A DNA stretch of 62,979 bases, the filler included, from Saprolegnia diclina VS20 (Eukaryota): the NCBI RefSeq assembly GCF_000281045.1. It is 8 parts of 3 records of this genome, joined end to end, with 100 filler letters (N's around TTAATTAATTAA, not from the genome) between each part and the next. Parts side by side here need not be neighbours in the genome. Positions count along the whole stretch, not along the records: positions 1 to 13,102 come from NW_008246073.1; positions 13,203 to 35,153 come from NW_008246073.1; 6 more parts are not named here. One strand, written 5' to 3'. The notes beneath the pieces are model-generated. The model made no database searches, had not been told where the DNA came from, and worked only from the letters and a program-made list of their open reading frames with translations. Of this stretch, positions 12,620-22,466 are shown piece by piece; the stretch's first letter is position 1; each line of letters starts with the position of its first letter. The position numbers and the translations under genes are program-made.

Positions 12620-13102
12620 AATTACCGTAACAATTCTTCCAATAGCAATGGTACCACAAAACTTGAGCGAATGATAGCCAAGCTATGGGTTGAAACTACC
12701 ATTGGTCGTGATGCAATAAGTGATGATGGCTGCTGTGGCGCCAAAATTTCGGAAGATTGTCTTTGTGTCGTCCGATTGGCTGAAAATATTAAGCCAATCA
12801 AGCGCAAGGATAACGTGAGTCGCTCTCCCATCTCACTCTCATCATCCTCTATGTTGGTTGCCAGCTCTGCTGCCGCACTGCTTGCAACTTTGAAACATCG
12901 CAGCCAGGCCAATCACAAACTGCCGTATTGCCAGTATGGCTGAGTGCTTGATGAAATTCGACCTTACTACCAAAAATATTTCTTTCATAGGACATCTTGA
13001 CGAAATACTCGAAGACTCGATATGTGGAATTTTGGCGAAGAGCTTGCGTCGCTATCAAAGGGCTGCAAGTACGTATTTGTTTTCAAATTCTCGAACAATT
13101 TT
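12620..13102 (-). mobile_element. Possible decayed Helitron Rep-region fragment
   Basis: AT-richer broken ORFs; SSEILAPQQPSSLIASRPMVVSTHSL loosely resembles the Helitron Rep C-terminal E-x-x-AP...SH motif. Weak recognition from memory only. Confidence 0.25.
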
Positions 13103-13202
13103 NNNNNNNNNNNNNNNNNNNNNNNNNNNNNNNNNNNNNNNNNNNNTTAATTAATTAANNNNNNNNNNNNNNNNNNNNNNNNNNNNNNNNNNNNNNNNNN
13201 NN
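13103..13202. other. Assembly gap with artificial TTAATTAATTAA linker. The same linker occurs at 35154-35253, 45246-45345, 51314-51413, 56879-56978, 59792-59891 and 61392-61491; plain 100-N gaps at 49705-49804, 55908-56007 and 57496-57595.
   Basis: N44-TTAATTAATTAA-N44, a linker with stops in all six frames. Confidence 0.97.
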
Positions 13203-13484
13203 GGAGTGCACCATCACTCAGCTCGCCCATCGCATTTTTCAAGTCGCACCGGGATCACATGCCCAGTGACAAAAACGCCGTTGCACTATCACGATTTTCG
13301 ACTTTGCATCGTACTGAATGCCGGGCAGTATGCATAACCCAAGAACCGAGCCAATGAGCGCGCCGCCTATCAGTCCCGCGCAGGGATTGTGCCATGTGAT
13401 TGGTGGGTTGCGCGCCTCGCCCACTCTCGTGATGGACGCAAAAGTCGGCGAAATGGCGGCTTGGATCGACATGGCATTTATGAA

Positions 13485-13862
13485 ATGGACACCTCAATGG
13501 CTGCATCGTCGCTCGAGTGCCAATACTCGTACAAGCCGTGCTCGAACCCGCGCACGACCAAGCGCAACGGCAGCCTCCACCTCCTCTGCGAGTTTCACCG
13601 CCAAAAAGCCAACCGGATCCAGCAAGTCTACACCAACAAGAAGCGCGCGCAGCGACACCACGCTGCGAACAAGACGACCCAGCAATTGTCGCTCAAGGAC
13701 GAGCCCGCGCTGCCGTTGAGTCCGGTGGAGCTCGCTGCGCACTGGGCATCGACCGACTTGTTCTCGTCGCTCTGGAGCGACGAGAGCTTTTCTCCGTGCT
13801 GGAACGCTGGATCGCCCATCATGACGCACGAGGAAGTGGCCATTCTCAACGAGCTCTTTTAG
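13485..13862 (+). CDS. C3H zinc-finger/basic-helix protein, array gene 1
   Basis: CQYSYKPCSNPRTTKRNGSLHLLCEFHRQKANRIQQVYTNKKR; C-terminus MTHEEVAILNELF; alternative ATG at 13497. Confidence 0.85.
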   Translation: MDTSMAASSLECQYSYKPCSNPRTTKRNGSLHLLCEFHRQKANRIQQVYTNKKRAQRHHAANKTTQQLSLKDEPALPLSPVELAAHWASTDLFSSLWSDESFSPCWNAGSPIMTHEEVAILNELF

Positions 13863-14323
13863 CATCACCAATTCTCTCTCTGTGGGCGGCCGATCTGGCG
13901 CCTTTACAACACCCAAGTTTATGTAACGTGATTAATTTACTGTTAGAAACGTGTTTTCCACACACGTGCATGTGTCTTTGGTGTAAATCACTGCATGGTG
14001 GCAGTGCAACCAAGCTGGAAACAGCGAGCGCATCACCTCGCAAGAGAGCGGCCCCAAGCGAAGACGAGCGCGGTGGCCAATCGAGTCGCGTCGACGTTGC
14101 TCAACGTCACGCGCGCACTGAACTTACTTGCGCTCGCACGCATGTATTCCACACGCCACAAAATGATTTTTCGAATTTTCACCGTGTGGAATCCCGTACC
14201 AAGCCAATGGGCAGCGTGCCATTGGCTTTTCTGCGCATTTCCCACACGTGCCACAGGTGCAATCTCATCTATCAGTCGCGTGCCACCACTGATCGGTGTG
14301 GCAAGCGCTGGCACAGAACCGAA

Positions 14324-14782
14324 ATGGACGCCAAGACCGAGTGCCAATACTCGTACAAGCCGTGCTCGAACCCGCGTACGACCAAGCGCAACGGCGCGCC
14401 GCACCTCCTCTGCGAGTACCACCGCAAGAAGGCGAACGCGATCCAGCGGGTCTACGCGCAGAAGAAGCGGCTCCAGAAGCAAGCCGCGAGCGCCAGCCAC
14501 CGCCACAGCACCCAGCCTCCGGGCACCGAGTACGCGATGCAGTCGACGCACACGCGCCACCACATTGCGATGCCGCAGTACCTCGAGCCGTCGTACCACA
14601 ATCGGGCCAACGTCCAGTTTGACCCGCGAGGAGGAGGCGTCTCGATGGCGCTGCCCCGCCTCATGTACCCGCCTGTCGCCGACAATGGCTTTGGGTATCT
14701 TACAGCGCTTTTGCGAGACGACCTGCGTGGCGAGAAGAGTCCGCACCACCACCACAGCACCCACCACGGACGGCTGCCGTAG
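14324..14782 (+). CDS. C3H zinc-finger/basic-helix protein, array gene 2
   Basis: MDAKTECQYSYKPCSNPRTTKRNGAPHLLCEYHRKKANAIQRVYAQKKR; His-rich tail. Confidence 0.85.
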   Translation: MDAKTECQYSYKPCSNPRTTKRNGAPHLLCEYHRKKANAIQRVYAQKKRLQKQAASASHRHSTQPPGTEYAMQSTHTRHHIAMPQYLEPSYHNRANVQFDPRGGGVSMALPRLMYPPVADNGFGYLTALLRDDLRGEKSPHHHHSTHHGRLP

Positions 14783-15469
14783 TTAGTTGTCGAGCCCTAA
14801 CGTACACTCTTATCCTGCATCTTCCATTTGCTTGCTTGTATCAACATGCCACGTGGTGGTGCCAACAAAGTTGCGAGTTGAGATTTGCTGGGTCCCGTTA
14901 TCGGTGGAACGCCAGAGAGCCTCGATGCCAATGCTCACAAGGATGAACAGGACAACGTACACCGACATGATCAAGAAGGTCTGTGGACGTTAGACTGTTG
15001 ACGGCCCGTCGTGGCATTGTTGAGGATCCACAAGCTGATCGCATGTGATCGGTGGCACTCGGAAGCTCCAGCTGGAAACACGCAGCCTGCATGGCGGCGT
15101 TATCGCTACTGCGATCGAATTCGCACCGTGAGCTTGAAAAAGTGGGCAGGCAGAGCGGGCAGAGACTTGGCCAGTGGCTGGCTCCACTGCGTCGTCGCCA
15201 GTGGCCATCCTACTGTGTGAAGCAATCGAATCGATCTAAACTCTGACTAGCGCCACGGGTCCCTCCAGCGGGTACCCTATTTTCGATAACGGGCACATCG
15301 CAGGGTCGCATTTTTCACCGTTTTATCGTACGCCCCCCAAAGAAAAGACGTTTCTTGGACCCACCCCCGTAGCGTCGCTGACGCCAATCAAAAAGAACTA
15401 TCACCACGGCCTGTCTCCAATTGGCTGGCCCTTCTGCCATGCTTCTGCTGATATTCCATCAGTTGCGCC

Positions 15470-16201
15470 ATGGCCCCCAAGCCCCGCCGGACCGTGAGCA
15501 CGCTCCCGTGGCAGTGCCAGTACACGTACAAGCCGTGCTTTGAGCGGCGCGCGACCAAGCGCAACGGCGAGCTCCACTCGCTCTGCGAGACGCACCGCAA
15601 CAAGGCCAACGCGCTCCAACGGGCGTATGCCAAGAAGGACCGCGACGCGACCGAGAGCGAGAGCGGCGAATCGTCGTCGCCGACGCCGCCCGAGCCGCAG
15701 CACCAGTGCCAGTACACATACAAGCCGTGCTTCCAGCCGCGTGCGACCAAGCGCAACGGCGAGCTCCACTCGCTCTGCGAATTCCACCGCACCAAGGCCA
15801 ACGCGCTCCAGCAAGCGTACGCGCAAAAGAAGCGCCTCAAGCGCCTCAGCGAGGCGTCGCCGGCACCAATCAATCCGCTTCCCAACAAGCGGCTCTGCAT
15901 TGGCAACCTCCTCGCGGCCGACGCGCGTGCGTTCCCGCAGCCGCCACACTACCTCCCGCCGCCGCCACCGACCTACCACGCGCCACCGCCGCCTTCCAGC
16001 TTTGTGTCGCCGATGCTGCGGGGGGCACCTGGCCGGCCGACCGTGCTGCCACCGCTGCGCTCGCTCCACGCGACGCATAGCTTTCTGCAGCCGCCGCCGC
16101 GCCCGCCGACCGAGCTTTATGCGCCGCCGTACGATGGCCGGTACTATCATGACGGGCGGTACCCGGATCAATCTTGGGGCGACCGAGGACCGCAGCCGTA
16201 G
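15470..16201 (+). CDS. Protein with two C3H zinc-finger/basic-helix domains, array gene 3
   Basis: Two copies of CQYTYKPCF..RATKRNGELHSLCE.HR.KANALQ.AYA.K followed by a Pro-rich tail. Confidence 0.87.
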   Translation: MAPKPRRTVSTLPWQCQYTYKPCFERRATKRNGELHSLCETHRNKANALQRAYAKKDRDATESESGESSSPTPPEPQHQCQYTYKPCFQPRATKRNGELHSLCEFHRTKANALQQAYAQKKRLKRLSEASPAPINPLPNKRLCIGNLLAADARAFPQPPHYLPPPPPTYHAPPPPSSFVSPMLRGAPGRPTVLPPLRSLHATHSFLQPPPRPPTELYAPPYDGRYYHDGRYPDQSWGDRGPQP

Positions 16202-16439
16202 CGAGTTACACCACCGTAGGATTTGTTGGTTATTTATGTAAGAGAACCCGGTGCCTATGCACAACTGCTCGATGGCCACGAGGCGGCGCGCCGAGGGGAC
16301 GCCTTTAGGGTGAGTGTTGAGAAATGCATCTCCGACCGTCGGCGTTGCACACGTCGCAGCATGGTGACGAAGCGAGATGATCGCGGTGCCATGACCGGAA
16401 ACAAGTCAAAAAGACAAATGGCATTTCCAAGCAAATAAT

Positions 16440-17290
16440 AGCACGAGTGTGCTTGGAGCGCTCAACTACTAATGGGTCATACCTGTACGCTAGTTCGTCT
16501 GCCGACGCCGAGAATGCAGCGAACAAGCTATTCAACGATACACCGGTTCACGGATTCCAAATACTCTTACAGCTTGCCTACGTTTGCTATCGACGTTTGA
16601 CAATACTGCCAACGGCCACAGCAAAAGCTAAGCCGTCGGCCAATGCTTGGAGGCGCGAACGCTTCGACCGAATTTTGCGCGAATCGCTTAGCCCAAACGC
16701 CCAAGTCACTGACCATCAAGGACGCGACACTCGTCAGCATGCGCGACCGGTCGATGTGATGAGCGCTGCAATCGGTTTGGAGTAGAAGCACGAGTAGCGA
16801 AAGACGAGACAACCATACATCGAGTTGGCCGTCCGCTTGATGGCGCGCTCGCGGATGTCAAGCCTCACTGCCTCATTGCTATCGAGGTTCAATGCCGGCG
16901 AAGGGAGCTGACGAAGGGGAGATCCTTTCTCATCATGTATTTTGGATGAATAAAAACGCATCAAAACAAGCAATCTTTGTTGGCGGCGTGAGTCTACAAT
17001 GAAATATGATAGAAACTGAATGTTCTCTACAGCTGGAAGATGACGACAGTGAGTAAGTGCTGTAGACATCAAGGCTCTTCCTCGCGACGATTACGACGGA
17101 TCCAACAACAACGACGTTTGTAAGTTATATCGCACGGCGATTGTGTGTCGACCGCACACTCAAGGACGAGTCTTTCGTTCCCAACCTTTCTCCCTCGCCT
17201 CGACAGCTAATCTGGTCACTGCCCATGCCTGCAGCGTTCTGCGTCTCCAAGTACGACTCGTCGATCAAGATCTCGCTTTCTCCGCAAAGA
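16440..17290 (-). pseudogene. Decayed, internally deleted DNA polymerase alpha catalytic subunit (family B) relic
   Basis: LDIRERAIKRTANSMYGCLVFRYSCFYSKPIAALITSTGR closely matches Pol alpha motif B (KLTANSMYGCLGF..SRFYAKPLAAL.T..GR). Upstream LVLE and LLLD remnants of motif A; frameshifts and stops; no YGDTDS. Confidence 0.75.
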
Positions 17291-17788
17291 ACTCAACGCG
17301 GACTCTATAAGATCTCGGGTTTGTGACCGGACCCATTTCAAGTTGGCACTGCATGGCACGGGTTTTAGCAGCGTGGCTACTCGCTTACGTGCTGCTGCGA
17401 TACAGGAGGCTTTGTGATACAGCGTTGGTTTCTACCAAGTATACGACGGTGGATTTACACAGCAGGCGGAGTCCAAATGGTGGAGGCCCTCTGTTGGCTC
17501 CAACGTCGTCGTCGTCGTCGAAAAGCCCCATTGGCTGTCACTGCTACCTCGGTTCGAGACGCTATGATAGATGCATGCGTCGCAGCACCAGTCGCGTTCC
17601 CTCCCACGCTTATGGCACAAACGCAGCGCAACCGACGAATCAAAGGCGTTCTATCATACGCAGCGCGCCGGATCGGCAAAGCGGATTTGCTGCCACCCAG
17701 ATTGCCGACGTGTGTGTTTCAAGTGTTCTCTGCTCACTTTGGCATTTCCCACGAGACGCACACATCGATAAAGCGACGTAGTACCAGC

Positions 17789-18166
17789 ATGAGCGACGAC
17801 TCGCAGCACCACGACCAACTGTGCCAATACTCGTACAAGCCGTGCCCGAACTTACGCACGACCAAGCGCAACGGCAGCCTCCATTTGCTCTGCGAATTCC
17901 ACCGCCAAAAAGCCAACGCGGTCCAAAACACATACGCCGCCAACAAGAAGCGTGCCCGGTCGTCGCCCGCTGGCGCGCTCAAGGCCAAGCGAACGCGCCT
18001 CACGGAGCGCGTGGCCCGGCCTCGGAGCTGCGAAGACGACTACATGCTTGCGCCCCACTCTCTTGACAATAGCCTCTTGGGGCTCTTTGACCCGCTCGAG
18101 TGCCATGCCTCGCCGTCGGTCGAACTCACCATCGACGAATACATCTTACTACATGAGATTTTTTGA
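17789..18166 (+). CDS. C3H zinc-finger/basic-helix protein, array gene 4
   Basis: CQYSYKPCPNLRTTKRNGSLHLLCEFHRQKANAVQNTYAANKKR; C-terminus LTIDEYILLHEIF. Confidence 0.85.
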   Translation: MSDDSQHHDQLCQYSYKPCPNLRTTKRNGSLHLLCEFHRQKANAVQNTYAANKKRARSSPAGALKAKRTRLTERVARPRSCEDDYMLAPHSLDNSLLGLFDPLECHASPSVELTIDEYILLHEIF

Positions 18167-18678
18167 AATGAAAGAGAATACAAACGTAAGATAGAGTGCT
18201 ATCGGAAGAAAGACATGCGATTAGTGCAGGTATCTCGGACTGTGTCCATTGCGCTTTTTGTGTAGGGATCAAAACTAATGAATACATTGGTCGAGAAATC
18301 GACGCTAACTCGAATTTCAGTTTTCGATTCGGCAGCGGCAAGGGTTTTTGCGATGCGCGCGTCGGGCTGCATGTTCACGCGACACACAGTACATTTCACC
18401 AACAATGAGAAACAGCTCCGGTGCCATCCTCGAATACATGCTACTATTAATAGTAGTCCTTTTCGACTCTTATACGATGACAAGAGGTATCCAAAATACT
18501 GCATATTGAATCTGGTCATCTGGTGCTGAATCCAGCATCACTGCACCAATCCGAGGCCGCCTATCAGATTTTCTGGCTGCGGATTGGTGCAATGCGATGC
18601 AAGGTGGGACCAGGGTTCGGACCATGGCGCGAAATTCGCTGGCGCCAGAATGATACCACGTGCAAGCCCATTTTGGAA

Positions 18679-19026
18679 ATGGAGCCGGCGACGACGCACT
18701 GCCAGTACTCGTACAAGGTGTGCACGCTCCCCCGCTCTCAAAAGCGCAACGGGAGCCTGCACCAGCTCTGCGAATTCCACCGCCAAAAAGCCAACCGGAT
18801 CCAGCAAGCGTACACCAACAAGAAGCGCGCGCTCAAGGTGCAGCGCGACATTGAGCCCGTGCCGTTTATGGCCACAGGAGCTGCCGTCGCGAGCGACCGA
18901 GTGGATCTTCTAACCGCCTTGTTGTTCGACGACTCCGACGACGCATGGGCGTCAGAGGAAGCGCTGGTCATGACGCCGGACGAAACCCGCATTTTGTACG
19001 AGCTCCTCCATAGCACGCCAGTCTAA
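18679..19026 (+). CDS. C3H zinc-finger/basic-helix protein, array gene 5
   Basis: CQYSYKVCTLPRSQKRNGSLHQLCEFHRQKANRIQQAYTNKKR; MTPDETRILYELL near the C-terminus. Confidence 0.85.
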   Translation: MEPATTHCQYSYKVCTLPRSQKRNGSLHQLCEFHRQKANRIQQAYTNKKRALKVQRDIEPVPFMATGAAVASDRVDLLTALLFDDSDDAWASEEALVMTPDETRILYELLHSTPV

Positions 19027-19624
19027 TTTATAAAATGCTCTGTCCGATTCGACACATATGATCCTTGACTTTGATGCGAGCGATTGAGAGCTCTAGTAAT
19101 ATACACAATGTAGTTTGATTTCGCTGGATAACTGCTAGGGTAACTTAGCTAAATATTTTTATTCGCCCTTGCTTACAATTTCTCTACATTTCCATTTTGC
19201 GTCCACACCAAACATGCGTCCAAGGACGTCTTCCAGTACAATGGATGGACCCGCCAAGTACTATATCATTGTACTTGGCGGATGAACACGCACAGCGATG
19301 CCACGAAGAATCTTGACTCGTACTGAGTATGTAATTCGTTTGTTGTTGTTATTGAAGTGCAGGACGTAATTCATGTCCTACTTGTTAGCACGTCTGGCTA
19401 CAAGGTACGTGGCCGCTTACTTGTGATGGATCCCACTCTGGTGCATTGAATACTTGTTCAGCGGGCCGGAACGTGCAAGCAGCTGAATGTCGCCGCGTAT
19501 GAATAACCTTGTGGAATTCCTAGTGTAGTCACCCACCTATCACACATCTCGCGTCATTTCATGCCGACCATGGGCGGGCGCCCAAATATTTGCTCCTTTG
19601 CGGCGCATGGAGCTTAGTGTTGAA

Positions 19625-20095
19625 ATGGCACGCCGCAAAGCCGAGGCCGCCCCGACGTGCCAGTACACGTACAAGGTGTGCACCAATATCCGCTCGACCA
19701 AGCGCAACGGCAGCCTCCACCTCCTTTGTGACTACCACCGCAAAAAAGCCAACGCGATCCAGCGTGCGTATGCCAACAAGAAGCGGCAGCAGCAACCATC
19801 ACGAGTGGCTCCAGTCGCTGAGAGCAACGAGACCCCGCAAGCGATGACGACACCGCCGACAACAACACGGCGAGGATCCGCTCGAACGACCGACGACACG
19901 CAACCACCAGCTGCAGCAACACCCTGCGGCTCGGAGCTGGCCAAGACAAAGAAGAACCCGAAGAAGGAACCGGAGCCCACGATTGCGTTTACGAGCGTCT
20001 TGGACACGTTGGTGCCACCGTCGTTTCCGACCGAGGAGCCACCGCCCGAGTACCCGATGTGGGAGTACCTCGAGACGATTTTGTTTGAAACCTAA
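19625..20095 (+). CDS. C3H zinc-finger/basic-helix protein, array gene 6
   Basis: CQYTYKVCTNIRSTKRNGSLHLLCDYHRKKANAIQRAYANKKR; C-terminus PMWEYLETILFET; alternative ATG at 19607. Confidence 0.85.
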   Translation: MARRKAEAAPTCQYTYKVCTNIRSTKRNGSLHLLCDYHRKKANAIQRAYANKKRQQQPSRVAPVAESNETPQAMTTPPTTTRRGSARTTDDTQPPAAATPCGSELAKTKKNPKKEPEPTIAFTSVLDTLVPPSFPTEEPPPEYPMWEYLETILFET

Positions 20096-20206
20096 TCGTC
20101 GTCAGTCGCATCACGACGAGCGGAAGTGTACTTCCCATACATATGTATTATAAACAGTAGTGTTATCATGTCCAGTCAACAAAGCACGCCGGTGTGACTG
20201 TCGGGT

Positions 20207-21619
20207 CTACACCATCGGATCCGGCTTGGAAACACCGCAGCGAAGCAGCGGCCGGCCGCAGACGCTCACTTGGTACTTGACGCCGGTGGCGAACCGATCG
20301 TGAGGGTTGGTCCGGACAAGGATCCCGGCCACGAGCCCGACAAGCGTGAGGACGCGCAGCCAGGCAAAAATGGCGTCGTAGACTTGAACGATGGGCTGGC
20401 GCTGCACAAAGTAGCGCGCTTCCAACGAGGCGCCAAAGCTTAAACCGCCGATGAGAAGGGCGGCCACCCACGCCAGCACGACGCCGCTGTACGCTTTCGC
20501 AAAGGCGGGGGCCCCAAAGAGCACGTGGGCAAACGACGGAAAGATGCCAAAGCCGACACCAAAGCAGACGTTGAGGCCGCGGACGAAGCCTTCAAAGCTG
20601 TCGAGGTCTCGCGTTCGGAGCGTCTCGGGCAGCTTGTACAGCAAAAGGACTTGGACGAGAAGCGCCGTGACGAGCAGCAGCTTGCGAGCAAAGGGCGGCG
20701 CGATGCAGCGGCTGAGCACATCGGCGAGCCCACCGCCGAGTAGACGCCCGAGGATGCTGTACAAGCCAAACGTGACAATGATGCGCGTCGCTGCGTCGCG
20801 AGATTGACCAAACACTGTGAGGAGGAGCAGCGGGTACCGAGGCAGCATCGTGACACCGTATACGACGTAGCCAAACACGAGCAGCAGAAGCGCCGCGTAG
20901 TCGAGCGATACGAGCGGCGACGACCACAGGGAAGGTGCAGATGGTTCTTCGACCTCGAGAAGCACGGGCGGCGAGAGTGTTGTACTCGGTGAGAAGGGCG
21001 CCTTTGGCGTCAGCGGCTCGTCGTCGTCGGGCTTCGGCGCGTCGAGCGACGTCGTTGGCGGCGCCCAATAGAAGCAGGCGCTGCCGAGAAGCAGGACGGC
21101 GGTGACGCCGCCGCCAACGACCAGGAAAGCGCTGGATCGCCCGATCGAGGTTGTCGCAGGTAAGAGCGCTTTCGAGCCAACAATCGAGCCGACGCCAAAT
21201 GCGGCTGCCAAGAGACCACCGCAAAGGCCAAGGTAGCAGTCGTGGCAGCGCTGAAATGCAGTGGCGAACGACGCGCCGTAGCAGAGACCGAGGCCGAGAC
21301 CGTGGATGACGCCGTAGCCGAGCAGAACCAGCGCCGTCGACGTGGTATGGACGCCAATGGCTGTGAGGCCGTACCCCAGTGCGACCAAGGCGGCGCCGAG
21401 CCCGACCCAGCGCGCCGGCGGAAGCTTGGGGTAGGCGACGCCGACGACGACGACACCGAGTGCAAAGACGCCCATGGCCACGTAGTAGGCGTGCAAGGTG
21501 CGTCCGTCGAGCGGGTTGGCGTAGAAGGCTGTGTCGAGGGTCGCGAGGACGCTGATGAAGCCGTTGACGACGCCGCACCCGAGCTGCACGAGCGTCGCGC
21601 CGATGACTGTGCGCAACAT
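20207..21619 (-). CDS. Major facilitator superfamily transporter (OFA/monocarboxylate-like)
   Basis: About 12 hydrophobic segments with a central loop; LGYGVIHGLGLGLCY, GRLLGGGLAD, CFGVGFGIFP. Confidence 0.82.
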   Translation of the reverse strand: MLRTVIGATLVQLGCGVVNGFISVLATLDTAFYANPLDGRTLHAYYVAMGVFALGVVVVGVAYPKLPPARWVGLGAALVALGYGLTAIGVHTTSTALVLLGYGVIHGLGLGLCYGASFATAFQRCHDCYLGLCGGLLAAAFGVGSIVGSKALLPATTSIGRSSAFLVVGGGVTAVLLLGSACFYWAPPTTSLDAPKPDDDEPLTPKAPFSPSTTLSPPVLLEVEEPSAPSLWSSPLVSLDYAALLLLVFGYVVYGVTMLPRYPLLLLTVFGQSRDAATRIIVTFGLYSILGRLLGGGLADVLSRCIAPPFARKLLLVTALLVQVLLLYKLPETLRTRDLDSFEGFVRGLNVCFGVGFGIFPSFAHVLFGAPAFAKAYSGVVLAWVAALLIGGLSFGASLEARYFVQRQPIVQVYDAIFAWLRVLTLVGLVAGILVRTNPHDRFATGVKYQVSVCGRPLLRCGVSKPDPMV

Positions 21620-22466
21620 CTCCGACTTGGTTTTGTTGGTTTCCTCCGTTGACCTTTCCAGCGTCGTAACTGGCGCCACGGCCCGCCACGTTCTATATTC
21701 GTGAAGTGCCACTGAACCGAAGGATAAGGGTCCACTCCTCTGGCGAGATGGACCGAGATGTCGTTGTTGATGTCGTCGACGGCAAGATACACTGTGCGTG
21801 TAGCTGACGCAACACCAAAGCATGCGAGCGGCTCTGCGCCACCGCTGATGACCGTTGCAAAGGATCTACCTCGTCTCGCCCAGGTCGGTGCTGATACCAC
21901 CTCCAATACGTGTAGTCACAAGTCCGCATGTGGTAGTTTGTGCTCTTCAGCCTTTGTCGGCAGTCGTAGCCAGAGAATTCGTGCATGCAGCCATTGACAC
22001 TCGGTGCCCGCAATGTAAGATCGCCATGTGCGCTGCAAGATGCACTTGCCGAGATGCAGCCTGCGTGCTGAAACCCATCGAAGCGTGAGCTCGCTTTGCC
22101 AGGATGACAACATGCGCAAGGACTGGAGCCACACGCTTGCTCTCCAAGATCCCAGACAAAGCTAGATGACCTCTGCGGTCCACTATAGCATAGGCTGTCG
22201 CTGCAAGGCGTGGTGAAGGCGTCGGTGGCTCGAGGTCTGAGGTGCCACCTCCGCTTTTTGATGTGGCACATGCCGAAGCACCCAAATGGATTGCGGCCGG
22301 CGAGCACAATAAATATAATTGCTTTACTTGATTCCAGTATGTGGAATTAAATGTAGGGAAAATAATACTTTGCGCGGCGTCGGATTGGCCACGCGGGAGC
22401 CAATGGCCTTGCGCGTGTGCTCCTGTGCATTCGTTGGTGTTTGCCGAAGTCCTCGCTGCACGATCG

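Noticed and set aside
13147..13158. Recurrent TTAATTAATTAA palindrome
   Set aside because: Always centred in a 100-nt N block; an artificial contig linker, not biology
13517..14323. Long 5' extension fusing zinc-finger genes 1 and 2 into a 421-aa ORF
   Set aside because: The frame overlaps gene 1 out of frame and runs through promoter-like DNA; ATG 14324 has the shared GAAATGG context
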